Counted from the stretch's first letter, positions 13,690 to 27,330 are shown. The stretch is DNA of 64,000 bases from Dicyema japonicum (GCA_011109175.1 RDEW01000005.1:372001-436000); one strand, 5' to 3'. The notes: a model not told the origin generated them from the sequence alone. Numbers and translations are program-made.

Positions 13690-14290
13690 TCACCCTTCTC
13701 ATGGAATAAGAGTTTTTCGACAACTCACTTTTATTCCGCATCTCCACATCAGTGTCGGTCATTATATCTGCTACAATTCAATAGAATGCTTCATATGCAA
13801 GCACATGGCAGCTCTACAAGCTGGTCTGAAGCAGAGGTAAACTCTTCATCGGGGACCTTCATCCCGTACTTGTGTTCAATTAGAATGCGTTCGAGAGTCC
13901 TGTTTTACCAACTGATTAGAATTAAGTCCTCGTTGTTCCTTCACTATATAGTTATCCATATAATTCTTGAAGCATCTATCCCACATCTTAACCAGGGATA
14001 ATCCATACTTGACAGTCTTAAAAAAGTAAAAGGTCTCCCGCATAGGAGATCATATTTGTGCTACTTCTCACCTCAACATGTTTGATACGATCCTGAGAAG
14101 TAATCTTACATTATGGTTATTTAGTTTTGACTTGTTGTTACCAAAATGTCAAGTTTGTTGACCTTGGTTTAAGTCATTATCGACACAAGTCGTATTTCCG
14201 AGTCGATATTATTGACTAACCAAGTGCCTCTTCCTCCTTTTTTAACTCCGTACATTCTGCAGAGATGCAAATGTACACTGCCTCCGGACA
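13690..14290 (-). mobile_element. R4/Dong-like element 3' (REL) remnant
   Basis: HLHLCRMYGVKK and ITSQDRIKHVEV; the nucleotide tail (gaaca.aag.a.gggatgaaggt, ctgatgtggagatgcgga) matches 50600-51260. Confidence 0.75.
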
Positions 14291-14759
14291 TAATCAAAAT
14301 TTTCGCCTCAAGTATTTATTTTGCCAACAATGGCATGAGACGGCAGGACGTGTCAAAGCTTGTAGCGATTTCCAATTTATCTTCAACCAGGCCTTTCGCA
14401 AGATTAACATACTGAAAGTTGTGTCGGCCACTCATTTGGCCAAAGCAAAAAAAGGCCTAACCATTATAAACAATTCATCAAACCACAATTAGCCATGCAT
14501 TTCTTTGTTGGTTAACCTCTTGCTCCCTTTTTTTCTATCGAAAAAAATACAAAAAGTCTAAATATCGCTCTCAGAACAATTACTAGATGTCTCAGATGAT
14601 CATCTACAGTGGGAATCGAAGATCCTTCCAATTGGAGAAAATTTGATAATGAGAACTCTACAGTTCCTCTCCAAAGCATATAGCCTTAAATTCAAATCAA
14701 TGCATTTTAATGTCTGTAATTTTTTGGGCCATTTTTTGAGATTAAATTAATAATTTTTT

Positions 14760-15600
14760 TAACTGTTAAATTTACAAAAGAAAATTAATTTATTTATTAT
14801 TTAATATTTCACGATTTTTGACAACACCTCTTGGAAAGCAATGATTCGATGTCTGGATTATGTTCTTTTAAAGTTCCCAGCCTTAATAATGTAAATGTTC
14901 ATCTGTCAGTCTTGATCTGAAAGAGGAATTATGTAATTTCATTGTTGAAAAAAATTGTAAGTACAGGCAAACGTTGCATAGATTCGTAGGGATAAATCAT
15001 GTAGTTGAGGAAATCTATAAATGGAAAAAATTTATATAATATGGAATTTCAACTTCATGTTTTTCTTTCAAGGGGGTCTCATTCTGAAGTTCTATCTCCA
15101 TTTGAAATGCTTTAGTAACGACTTCAACTTTTATTGACATTGGAGTGGTAAAAATATTATTCGAATATTTCCTCACCTTCAATGGAAGCAGATCTAATAA
15201 TTCTTTAATAACATCAAAGTATACTCCACGAATGAATACAGCACAAAAAGAAATGTCTTTAATACACGTACTTTCATAAAGTGCAAGATAAAAATTTTCA
15301 AAATCTTTGTAGTATTTGAAAAGCTTGGAATAGCAATTGTGTGATAATTCACTGCTAGCAACAATATTTGGTGATAAGCTAAGATTTTTTTGAGAGACAA
15401 ATTATTTCACTGACTTTTAAAAGACAGTCTTTAATAAAATTTCCTTCTGTAAATGGTTTTGACGAGACTTTGCCATCACTCCACTTACAACATAATTGTA
15501 TCACATTCTCAGTCGAATTATTCATATTTTTGAAAAAATTTCACTGATTTAATAAAACGATTTTAGTTTTTGTGTTTTTCGTATCGCAATCGTCCACAGA
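14760..15600 (-). mobile_element. hAT (Buster/SPIN-like) transposase relic with internal deletion
   Basis: KPFTEGNFIKDCLLKV, AVFIRGV..ELLDLLPLK, then the C-terminal FQMEIELQ..FSTMK..RSRLTDEHL..PDIESL. Confidence 0.75.
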
Positions 15601-15719
15601 CATTTTTCTAAAGACATTTTTCTTGAATAACAAAAAACAAATTAAAAAGCATGACTGTCAAAACTATTTTAATTCAAAATAAATAACATAATCTAAAAAA
15701 TTAATATAATTTTTTAAAT

Positions 15720-16135
15720 AAACACAGGGAAACACAGAAACTGACCCGTTCTTCATACCTTCTCACCCCAATGACCGGAGTTGATTGAAACAGATAAACG
15801 GTTATGTTTTAAGAGAACCATCCGAAGACTCGATGATAATAAAATACTACACCTGTCCCCTCCTCCAATTAACCAATCAGAATTTTATCTTCCGAGGGAC
15901 GTCCGGGTTAACTTAGCTCGTATACGATTTGGGCAGCACCACTATCTACCAACGTACGATGTCCTCTCTCTATTTTGCAACCTCTACATGTTGACAACAA
16001 ATTACTTGTTTGAATGTCATGAATTAGCACAACGTTAATCCACAATGGCATGATTGACCGATCTATGTGAGCGACCGGCATTTGCTACGTCCTATTTAAT
16101 AGTTGCTGGCCTCCTACAAGTTAATTGACTTCAAC
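15720..16135 (+). mobile_element. I/jockey-like LINE 3' end (further copies about 26100-26350 + and 28740-28790 -)
   Basis: PPINQSEFYLPRDVRVNLARIRFG..TTNYLFEC. The gagcgacc.gcattt tail is shared with 26280; 26280-26320 and 28740-28790 share an identical 36-nt block. Confidence 0.6.
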
Positions 16136-16884
16136 TCGAGCAGCCAATCTCTGACTCCAACTCTGTCCTCTTAAACATATCCAGCCTGCTAAAGTCCGAG
16201 AAAATACCACTGAACTTCCCGGACGTTCCCATCCATTAGCTTGCATCAACCGCTTTCCGAAGAGAAAACTATTATCTCCATTATAAGGTACTCTCTCGAG
16301 AAAGAGAAGTAAAAGAAAAATTTACATCCTCAAATGACTGAATATATTTCCTACGCTTGCAGTGGTAGAAACACCTTGACAATTACAGTCCAATCCAAGT
16401 GCAATTAGTGGGAAGAGAAATAAGGAAATTCAATCCATTGTCTCCAAAGACGAGGTATCTTTGTCAACAGTGCGGACAATAGCCTCAGCCGCCACAACCC
16501 TCACGGACCTTAGGATCCTCAAATGAATACGTCTTTGTGCATATAACCTCGACGCAAAAAGTAGAATTTTTTCAGACGTGACGTAATCGATGGACGATCC
16601 AAAAACAGGGACAGACATAATCAAGGATTTAGTAAATCCAGAAAGGAAATCTAATTTTTGGGTCTTAGACAGTCGGGGAAAATTTAAGAAGACAAAAGTT
16701 TCAAATATTTTCTTGACAACCCGACACATTACTTGTGGAAGAACATGGAACAATCAAAACAATGGATCCAAAACTTTCGTCTGTTCTCCGGGAATTCTCC
16801 TAATGATTACTCATGGAATATCTTTCCTAATGATGAAGTCATCCATAAGTGGCATCGCCCTCAGGTTAACTAATTTATTATATT

Positions 16885-17545
16885 TATTTAACCCAAGACC
16901 ATGGTAAAACCAAACTAATTATCACGTGATCCCGATGCATTCAACAGAGACTTCATCTTCCTTCGTGCCCGCGCATGAACGTACAGGACAGCTACCTGAA
17001 TTTTCAGGGCCACCTTCACGTAAGAGATGTAAGTCTGGTTCAGGGCCACCTTCACGTAAGAGATGTAATCTGGAGTCTCGTCTCACAAGGGCCTCCTGAG
17101 ATGTAAGTCTGGTTTGATGATCTTCACAAATCCAACTCTTCGTTACTCTGTAAGCCTCATATCACCTCATATTTGTCCAAGATATGGACGTTCCTCAAGA
17201 GGCGCATGCATATGAGAAACATGGCTCGATGTACTGTTTGTACAGTTTCATCAAGACTGGGTGAGTAACACTTTTCCACATTCCCGATAAACTTTTCAAT
17301 TCGTTCCGTTTTTTCGCGCATTTCAATAAAATGTTTTCTACGTGTGGTGTCAAACAGAAATGCATATCAATTGTCACACCCAAGATCCTTTGACATCTGT
17401 TGAAAGGGATGCCGACCTTGTTTAACTTCAAGGTGACTGTCTTCCTTCCCAATCTTTTGTCAGAGGTAAATAGTGACGTACACGATTTCATTCGAATCCT
17501 ATTTTCAAGGCATTGTAGAAAAAAATCACGATTGTCGTAAATTTC
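16885..17545 (-). mobile_element. jockey/I-like LINE 3' portion (second copy 53230-53830)
   Basis: SLFTSDKRLG..RILGVTIDMH..KLYKQYIEPCFSYAC; ends GIT-stop; high nucleotide similarity to 53230-53830. Confidence 0.8.
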
Positions 17546-18439
17546 TTCCACTTTATATTAATACAAAAGTCATGAATAGTTAGGTTTTTTCTTTAGGTTT
17601 TCAAAATTAGGGCTATTAGAAAGTGGATTTGGTCGCCTCAAGCAGACGTTCTCTCTTAGATTCCCTCCTTGTATTAATTAGCTGTAACTACTTCCTGGGG
17701 TTGATAAATAAAGAGACTCAGGAGAACCCCAGTGCCTAGTCAGCATCTAAAAAGTATTCTTCTCTTCCCTAGTCAAGTGAAAGGGTTCTCATGTGGGAAT
17801 TAGATAAAACTTATTTCATGTAGCTCATTAACAATCATGGCGAGGGTTCCATCTGTAAAGCGATTAGTGTATTTTCACAAAATAAAAACATCAATATTCA
17901 GACCAGTTCACTTATTGGGTATATTTATATAAGTATTGGACGTTGATTTGTCCTCTCTGTTTCCTTGACGTTACAAGACCATCTCTTCTCCTTTTTTTAG
18001 TTTGCTTTAATTTTTCTTTTCTCTGATTGTATTTATTTCTGGAATATTCCATTTATCCAACATTTTATTTCACTTGAAGGGACAGGAGTCAACTATTATT
18101 GTTAAAAGCACTTTCACAAAACCAGAAAACGTTATATTAACTAAGGTCCCGTTTGTACCACAAGGGGCAACATGAATTTAAATAAATGTTATTTATTTAG
18201 AACCATGGGAAAACCGAGAAAGAAAAACAGAAAATGGTTAAAGAGTTAGGTAATTCCAGTTACCGTAATCAACTGCGTCATCTAACGTCTATTGTCTTCA
18301 GTTGTTACTACTACTGTACGAGGGAGCCTTTTCTCAGTCCTGCTAACGAATCCATTGGGGAAGGGAATTTTTGTAGCAGTCGGTTTTCTTTTGGCTTGGA
18401 TTAGTGTTATAAATTAAATTAGTTTATTTAAAGACACTT

Positions 18440-18950
18440 TAACCAACAATAAAAAGTTAATATTTAATAATCAACAACCTTCCTCGTCTGCCTGTTCACC
18501 AGTCTTTTCAGACAGGTTCGAATCTTGTTGGTGAAACAACTCCGAGAGCTCCTTGTCCAATTGAGCCCTCTGCCCATATGGTATCTCCGGGCTCTGCTTC
18601 CTATACTCCAGTGTCAGGCTCTCTAGGTTCCGCTTCAATACAGTGGACTGTAGATAGGCCTGGAGTTTCCTATCTACCCCTAACTGCTTCAGATAACTCT
18701 TGTGGTATTTTGTTGCAATTCCTTCCCACATCATTACTATAGGAATAATGAGGACCTTGCAACCAAGCATCTGCCACATCTCGTTTGCAAGCAAGCCATA
18801 CTTCTTTTTTTCTCCATCTCCACAGTCTGCAAACGATCATGAGACGTAATGCCAATTTCTATGATAAGGACTTGGCCAGATTCGTGTACCACAATGTCCG
18901 GTTTATTGTGCTTGACTAGCACCGAGGTACGGATAGCACTGTCTCCTTAA
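18440..18950 (-). mobile_element. R4/Dong-like element 3' (REL) remnant
   Basis: HNKPDIVVH..LIIEIGITSHDRLQTVE and AYLQSTVLKRNLESL, homologous to 50448-51113. Confidence 0.8.
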
Positions 18951-19286
18951 TTTAAGATCCATGTAAAGAAACTTATGAACAAAAAATTGAAAGTTTCAAC
19001 AAGTTTAGGCTGTTGACTAGTTAACAACGTTATAATTGTTTGAAGGTTTTAGTGCTGACGTACCTTATTGTATGGTATCTAAATAGCTTCATGACAGGCA
19101 AAGGCCCTCGTCTTTGTACAGAGACTAGGTGACGGACAGACAAAGGGACAGCAAAAACCCATAGATATTTAAAAAAAAGTTCCAGGTGAACGTGAGATCA
19201 TGTTTTAATCCAGTCCGCTTAATTTTGAAAAAAAAACTTATAAATCATACAGAAATTTGGCTTTCCATTGGTCTTGTATTCTCGAA

Positions 19287-19956
19287 TTATTTGTGGATTC
19301 TCGAATAACGTGATCTTTGTGTTTTTGGAATCCAAGCCTATAGTGTCTTGACTGGAATGGTAGGCGGTAGTCTCGAAAATGAAAATTTAATGTCAAATGT
19401 TTTTAGATTATTTATTAGCAATCATAACTAATGTTAGTATTGTTAATTTTCTAAATTTCGTGAGATAACATTTCTTGTCTTTTTCCAGCAATCTTTAGGT
19501 TGTAGAAGTAGTCATTCGAAATGTTTCGTTTGCCAGAAAAATAAAATTAAAATTAACTGTATGAAAGATCATGGCATTTGTCAAATATGCCGATAACTTC
19601 CTCAACGTTGATTACCTTCAATTTAAGTGTATCTACAAGATCAATGTTATGAAGTATGCAATGTAGTATTGAAATTGCATCAAGACATTCCAATTGGCTG
19701 AATTCCGCAATGAATGCAAAACATATTATTGTTACTACAAAATAATATTTATATAATATACCAAATAGTAAATGCTGCATCGTTTCTCCAATCATTCCAC
19801 ATATTTATTAGTCCATCGTCTTGATTTAGTGACAGTAAACTACTATTTATATTATTATTTTCTTTTATATTTATTTTTAGCAACTACCAATTAATAGTCA
19901 ATTAATAAATCTTTTAAGGTCAAGCAAATAACATTAAATATAACCAAAAATTAAAA
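19287..19956. repeat. About 655-bp dispersed direct repeat, copy 2, ORF 19553-19795 (-)
   Basis: Near-identical to 1542-2197. Confidence 0.9.
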
Positions 19957-20059
19957 TTTACAAAATGTTTATAACAGGTTTTTTTAGAAATTTAAATTTT
20001 AGGTTTGAAATTTTTTAAAGCTTAAAATCAAATTTCTGAAAAGTTCGTGCTAAATTAAG

Positions 20060-20220
20060 AGAAACATTTTACGCTATCAAAGTTTTACGGTCGGACAACG
20101 GACTGGAATTCAAAAATGGAACAGCTCTGCAGAGAATTTAATATTCAACAATGCATGGTGGATAAATCATCCTCAATCACAAGCAATTGTGAAAAGATTT
20201 AATCAGAGAAAGAATAACCA
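20060..20220 (+). mobile_element. Retroviral-type (Gypsy/Ginger-like) integrase core fragment
   Basis: KVLRSDNGLEFKN and HPQSQAIVKRFNQ motifs. Confidence 0.5.
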
Positions 20221-21129
20221 CGCAGGCTACTACTGTATATCCCCCAGTTGGTTGTTTCTTTATTTCAGTATATCCCTTCACTAGTGGTCCAATGAAACTT
20301 CTCTGAGTAATATTCTGTTCAAATAGGAGGTCATATTTATTTTTTAAGATTAAAGACATTTATGATAATGAAAAGAATTTACTTAGAAAGTCTGAAAAGA
20401 AAATAGGTAGTTCCTAATGTAACAGATTCAATACCATTGGTCACCTCCCCCGACCGTTCCCGTTTGTATCGACATAAGCGAACCCTTTGATAGAACTCCA
20501 TGATTGTATTTTAGATTGTACACAGTTTAATCTTTGACCTTGGAAAAGTTTTCCTTGTGACAAAAACCACAAAAATACAAATCATTTTCCTTCTCATCCT
20601 ACGTGGACCGTGTCATCAGAAGGCCAGACGAATACTTAACGCTCTCCTTACTGTTTTTGGAATCAAAAACATTAAAACTTAAATTCAAACAATTCTCTGA
20701 ACTACGATAGTTCCAGCTGTTATAACTGTGTCTTTTACTTAATCTACGAAAACTTCAAAAAACTCAAAATGTGGGTTTACGAGCAGTTACCGGTTGTAAC
20801 CTGCGTGCACCTGTAGATCGCTTACATTGAGAATCTTGTATTTTTCCAAATGTAAATCAATTGCACATGAAATTTACAATTCCTCAATAATTTAACTAAT
20901 TCTGTTCATCTCTTCTTGGGCCAATATTCTTAATGTCTTGACAGAAAATGTGACAAATAAATGATCCTCCGAAATACTTTGGTACTTTTTTTTCTTCTTA
21001 TCCTCTGCTTAAATATTAAAACCAAAATTTACCAGAATTCTAATTTATTTGGTAACAGATTTATATAGAAGTTTATTTTTTGTTAATCGAAAATATCTTA
21101 GCTTTTCTAACAAAAAAAATCAACGATTT

Positions 21130-21465
21130 CTGCATTTTTTACAGGATTTACAAAAGGCCTTCGACTCTGTCTCAAGCAAAATCCTAACCCGGAAATTGTT
21201 TGTTTTCCCCGTCAACCCCAATATAAAACTTTGGCTTGTTAACTTCATAAATGGGAGAAGGACCCGGGTATACATGGATGGGACCAAATCAATTTCAAGA
21301 TTACTACCCAATGGTGTCCCACAAGGTTCCCCTTTATCACCCGCCTTATTTAACTTATACATGTCCGATTCACCACAACCCGATAATAAAGACGATTTCA
21401 TCCTATCATATGTTGATGACTTATTAATCGGATCCCGCGATCAAGATATCCCAAAAACTGAATAA
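21130..21465 (+). mobile_element. jockey/I-like LINE RT core fragment
   Basis: DLQKAFDSV, NGVPQGSPLSPALFNLYM and SYVDDL motifs. Confidence 0.85.
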
Positions 21466-21821
21466 AACTTTTTTGCAGACATTTCCGGGTTATTAAAAAA
21501 GGTTGAAGTCCAAATACTGGCTAAAAAGTCTGATCTCTAATACTGAGTTCGTTGAATAAATTTTTGGGATGGCGATGTGTCTTGAAGTCCACTAAGATTA
21601 TTTTATGTATGATTGTAGTTAATTGGTTTCACCATGTTCGAAAAATATCTGCTATTTGTTAAGAGAAAGATAAGGAAATCATCTGTCATGGATTTTTAAA
21701 GATAAGAAGAACGTAAAATCTATATTCGAATCTTCAAAAAAAGTTCAGTTTATCGAACTTTGGTTTTCTGTGGTTACATCGATTTCTTTGTATTGAGTTT
21801 ATTTAAAAACTACATATATTC

Positions 21822-22122
21822 TGTTGTAGCGTAGTGTAACGAGTCCGGACAAAAGGATGATGTTCCAGTTCGAATTTCGCTGCTGTACATTCCGGTTGAA
21901 GGTTTCACGCATCAACAATGCTTTGGCGTAATCAGTGAAGATCTCACTGCGAAACTGATCGTCTATAAAGAACCTACACCCTACAAAAAGAAAAAAGAAG
22001 TGAAGAGCATTCCTTGGTTCTGCCTGTACGATTAGTTATCATAACTGCTCTGTTTAAAATAAAGTGTGTCCTGCCTGGGAGGAGCGATAGCTAATATGGT
22101 TCTTCGTAAAGTGCAATATTAT
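21822..22122 (+). mobile_element. tRNA-derived SINE, diverged copy
   Basis: A-box-like tagcgtagtgt, B-box gttcgaat; body and tail align with the 55370-55698 copy (aaagaaaaaaagaagtgaaga.cattccttggttct, aaataaagtgtgt.cctgcct). Confidence 0.7.
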
Positions 22123-22129
22123 TTTTGTT

Positions 22130-22700
22130 CAATGTTATATTTTAATGGTTAGAGACAAGAAACACAATTTTACAACATATATTTATGTATGGGAATTATT
22201 AAAACATTTAAAGTCTACTATAATAGACGCAAATTGGAGTATCTTTGTGGATTATTAGAAAAAGAAAACATGTAAGTTTATGAATCATATAAAAGTTTGA
22301 ACCTTAAAGACACTGTTCTATTTATATAAATGGACTGGGAAGATGTATCCCTTAAAACAATCAAAAATTGTTTTCAAATACTAAAAAAATCAGGTACTAG
22401 CACACCTTCAGTAAATGTGAACATAAGAGATATTATCTAATACGGATATTTACGATCCGATTAAAATCAAAGAACTTCTATAAATTATTCTGAAAAAATG
22501 CAATAGATTAAGATGAAATAACATCATTAATAGATGATAATGAGATACTCATCCATGAAGAAACTACTTAATTGAAATCCCTAAACAAGAATGAAATAGC
22601 ATCAAAGTTAAGCGAAATTAAGAATTTTCTTGAGGACGTTGAAAACTAAGAGGATGTCGTCCTTATTACATCTATTGGAAGATTTAACACAAATATCAAA
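22130..22700 (+). mobile_element. pogo/Tigger-like DDE transposase C-terminal relic
   Basis: MGIIKTFKVYY..LNLKDTVLFI.MDWEDVSLKTIKNCF matches the Tigger/CENP-B DDE_1 end. Confidence 0.6.
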
Positions 22701-23202
22701 AAAGAACCAAATGGGAATTGAATTTTATTTCGATAGAAATTTAATACTTCATTTTTTTTAATTTTTTTCGTAAACCTCGGTCTCAGAAACCAAAAATTCC
22801 TTAGGGCTCTTGATTCTCATTCTAATATGACGCCATAAATATTGAAAGTTTTAATTGACTTTTATTCACGATTAATCAATTAATATGGATTAGTCTGGTT
22901 TAACTGTGCCTCTCTTATGTATGAAAAAGTTAATCAACTAGAGGAGCTACTGCGTTTCATAGACGTCATTGGTTGTGAGTGTAGCAAGTGGTATAAGTTA
23001 GAAGTCACTGTCTTATCTCAAGAGACGGTCCCTGGCTACACTCAGTTTTACCAATAATTAAATTCTAGATTTTTCAATTTTTTATTTTCATTTAAAAACC
23101 CAAAAATCATCGCTAAGTTAGGGAACGAACACGCCCATCAGGTGATTCCAGCTTCAAAATAAAAAAATAAATCAATAAAATTAATTAAAAGTTAGATTAA
23201 AT

Positions 23203-24148
23203 ATGGATTACGCAATCAATTGCCTACTGATTACTTTATTTAAGACATATTTCGTCTGTTGTGTACAAAACAATTTTATGGATCTCAGTGGATACATAAA
23301 CATCTTTAACGCTTTGGTAGTACCACAGGAATGCGATTTCATAAATGATCTATGGACGTTGCTCGGTGAGGTGAACCGAAATATTAACGGAATAACAAAT
23401 CTATATAATGCCCTCTCAATATGTGATTTAAATTCCCAATGCGTCCTAGCAACAAAGTTTTTACTTATTTTCTATTTCCAAGATACGAGGTCTCTTTACA
23501 CGTGGTTTCCTGTAGGCTCTTCCGTTGGAATCACTTAAAGAACGAGTCACAAATGAATTCCCATGAAAATTGCAAATACAATATGGACAATGCAGGTAAA
23601 TACATATGTGTGAATCCAAACCATTACTATCTGAATGACAAAAGTACTAACTTTGTGTTCCTTTGTAGAAGTTGAGTCAATGATGTGGGCTCTGATTAAC
23701 GTTTACTACAAAGACTGTCTTATTGTGAGAGATCATAGAATATATGAGAATGTCTTCTCGATAAACAATAGCAACCTCCATTTGCTAGACTTATTCCCAA
23801 ATCATATGACTAATGTGTTACACAATATGTTTGGTGATTTGGGAATTCAAATTTCTTGTACGTCACCACATATTAACATCACAAATAAGACCAACAGTGT
23901 CATCTTTGTTGTCTGTAGTAAAAATAGGGATTCATATAAATTGAATGAAAATCTTTATCCTGGTATTAGAAATTTATATTTTAGGACAAAGTTGTCAGAT
24001 TTTGAACCAGGCCCAATTCACCACCAACGTAATCATTAACGGGGATAAAGAAAAATATGATAAAATTATGGAATATAAGGATGAGTGCTTTGTTTTCTTT
24101 TCTATTGGCGCTATGTTGGATATAAATAACTTGTTTTATTGTGACTAA
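23203..24148 (+). CDS. Orphan Cys-rich protein with hydrophobic N-terminus, 4 exons, about 290 aa
   Basis: Introns 23457-23482 (26 nt), 23644-23668 (25 nt) and 23963-23984 (22 nt) join four overlapping ORFs into one 873-nt open frame; no motif recognised. Confidence 0.7.
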
Positions 24149-24599
24149 TTTGTAGGAATAAGTCAATCTTAAATTGCGACTTTTGGGGAAGATTACTCTG
24201 ACTAAGCCATTGCAATTAGTCTCAAATATATTGGGGCGAGTCCGACATGGGGAGGATGAAGTTTGTCTTAGCCAAAGTTTTTCTTCGATCACATAAACAT
24301 TTTTTTACTTTCTTTATTTTGAGAATTTGTTTTTTCGATTTTTACAGAAAATTTTTTAGACACGCGTTATAAAGATGCCGAGAATCTTCGCTGTTCCTTT
24401 TGTGACTGTTCTTGATTAAATTAATGATTCGGGCGATTTTTCACTTAAAATTTTGACTTTATGACAAATTTACCTACAAAAAAATTTTAAATAAAAAACT
24501 AATCAAAATCTTTGTTAAAATAGATATGGTTCAAAACGTTTTCAGGCTTAAAATTCGCTCTTTATATGAGAATTTTCGAAAAAAGGGACCTTGGATGAG

Positions 24600-25270
24600 A
24601 CTATTATAAGGGGTGGTTGTTGTGCCGCAATTGAACCGTAATTGGATTTTGCAACACGGCGTTCAAACACCCCACAAGGTACATGACGATATGGGTTGGA
24701 CAGAGAAAAAATCGGAATGGTGAGATAGTCCCGATTTACAATCAAATTGATTATATACTGTGTAAGCGCGAATTCAAGCGCATGCTCATGGACTCGCGAT
24801 CTCATGGAGGCACTAAAGAAGTTGCAGAGAATATTGCTGATCAATTTGAATCGCTCTTCAGGAGTGACGACGAACACATACTAAATTTGTCGGACACCCA
24901 AATCTTTGACTAAGCCAATTACGGTGGCGGAGATACAAATGGCTCTGTAAAAACTGAACAACAATGAGAGTCCGGGCATTGACCGTATTAACGAGGAACT
25001 TCTGAAACGATCGCCGCCCTCACTGGTCTATCATCTATGCAGCATGCTAAACGACATTTATATGAAACACATGTCTTTCCACTAGGGAAGGGAATTCTGA
25101 TACTTATACAAAAACTTGGGAATCTGGTTGGACCGGTAGAAAATCTCAGGCCCATAATCCTTCTAACAACTCTACGGAAACTACTATCTCTGATTGTTCT
25201 GGAAATGATTTCTCCCTGGGCCAAAGTGGTTTTAGAAGAGAAAGATCCACGACGGATATCGTATGAACAC
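24600..25270 (+). mobile_element. RTE LINE relic (APE C-end joined to RT N-part)
   Basis: NQIDYILCK..DSRSHGGT jumps to PGIDRINEELLK and NLRPIILLTTLRKLLSLIVL. Confidence 0.75.
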
Positions 25271-26499
25271 ATATATGCTCATACCAGGACCCCAATCCCA
25301 AATATGGGCTGTCTACCTTTCTTAGATTTGTCGTTGTGTTTCATCGTTTGGAGATGATTTTTCACGAAATGTTCAATATAGCTTCTCAAGTGATCATTTT
25401 CTAAATATTTTTCGGTAAATACCTGGTAGTAACAACTCCTGGGGGAAATCCAATATCTCAGAAGATTTCTTCTATGTTTATTTTTCGTTATAAAAATCTC
25501 TGTTTTCCATTAAAGGGCGTCAGAGTGATGGAGCAATGGACTTTTGGAAAGAATTTCCACTCAAAAATTCCGACTAAACTGAATTATAGATCACTGATTT
25601 GAAAGACTAATTTTCGAAGACAAACACAGGAAATCTCATCGTGAGTCCACTTTGATATGGAATAAGTTAACTAGTAGTCGAATTACGAGGAAATTCACAG
25701 ATTATCGGAAGTACATGCGCTTGTTCCTGCACGTGACATCGACGTGTGACGGATGTTGATGAAGGACCGATCGTTTTTTGATCGAGTCACGGACAAACAT
25801 AGTGGATTTCCTTGTATTCACAGAACTAGGAGATTCTTTTTTATCGACGATTCCGATAGGAAAGTGCCGAGGGTAGGATCTGTTCGATGCCGTATAAGGC
25901 GTAGAGTCTTTTTTGTAACGAGCTGATTTCGTCAAACGTCAACACAGAGAATGTGAACCTCCAGGAAGTAAGCATATTCCAATTAAGAAAGATGGTCGGC
26001 AGGTAGTTATTTTATTTATCCACAGTCCCCTCAACTAACTAAAATCCTTCCTAAGGGAATCAAATCCTTCCAATTGGAGACCATTTGGAATGAGAGCTCT
26101 GCAATTCCTCTCCCAAGACTACAGGCCATACCATCCCTGTCACTCCCATTGCAAATCCCTAAACTAAATAAAAATTATTATGACAACCAGTGACTTGTCT
26201 CGAATGCTATCTTCCAGCACCAATAAAATGGGGTCGTTTGAAACAGATACACTATTTTGTTTCTATGAGAACCCGTCATTTGAGCGACCGTCATTTGTTG
26301 GGTCCTACTTAACAGCCCGTGGTCTTCTACAAGTTAGTTACTCAACTAACTTAATTAACTAACTTGGTAAGCCTGGTACAAACAGTCAAAACTAATTATC
26401 CAAGGAAGGAACCTAAGGGAAAACTGCTTGTGCCACCAAATATTCAATTATAGGTTTCTGCTTCCGAAGGGTGATGAAGAAGTAGGTTCACCTTTTTCC

Positions 26500-27330
26500 A
26501 TTTTCATCACACGTCCTACCGTCGCGTACTCACTTTATTTTTTGGAGGAAATTTTTCATAATGGTAATTTTACAAACGGAGTTGGTCAGTGAGAAAGTAG
26601 GAAAATCCTTTTCAACAACTGTGCTGTGCCAGAAGGACTCGTCATCTCAGGGGTGGGATTTTGTTAACAATTTGATGTCATTAGACATTTAGTTCAGCCA
26701 CAAAGGCGGTTTGACTTCCCTCTTGTATCGGATAGTTGATTGCCAGCCATAGAGGGTGTTTAGTGTTGATATCCTCACTAAGGATAACGTCGTTCAAGGA
26801 TGCCAAAGTGATAAATTGGGCATAGCGTAGTGCTTCGGACAATAACCATGTGGAGTCGCGTAAATGTTCACAAAAGTAATTTTTGCATTTTTGTTCCAAG
26901 TGAGATTGCGTTGATTTTAGTAAGATCGTCGTCTCCTAAGATATTCTTCACCACTGAAGTGATGTCCACACATTTAACTTCTTTCCGATGTAAAATGAGT
27001 AGGCCACTATCCCGCTTTTTTGTACGGTTAGTCCGTATTGATTTGTATGCAGGGAACACCAGGATAGGACTGTTCATAGGCAGTTTCGTCTATTAAATCA
27101 AAGCCACGTTGATCTTCAGCAAGACCAGGCGAGATGCCAGTTCCAATATTTTCCCCCTTACTGCATTGACGTTTAGTTGCAGAACTGTGGTCCATCTCTT
27201 TCGGTGGGCTAGAGGTTCCTTCTGGGTAGTTGAAACTGAAAGTGCGAGACAATATCCTCACAAGTAAATGCTTAATGGTTGTCTTTGGGGCATATTAGGT
27301 GCCCTCCGGGCGTTACCAATACTTACAGAG
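26500..27330 (-). mobile_element. jockey/I-like LINE APE endonuclease relic
   Basis: LQLNVNAVRGKILELA, FPAYKSIRTNR..DSGLLIL, EDINTKHPLW. Confidence 0.6.

Noticed and set aside
17002-17114. Short direct repeats (also 38342-38394 and 47633-47670) as a CRISPR-like array
   Set aside because: Only two units each, no unique spacers, eukaryotic context; these are local tandem duplications within TE relics.
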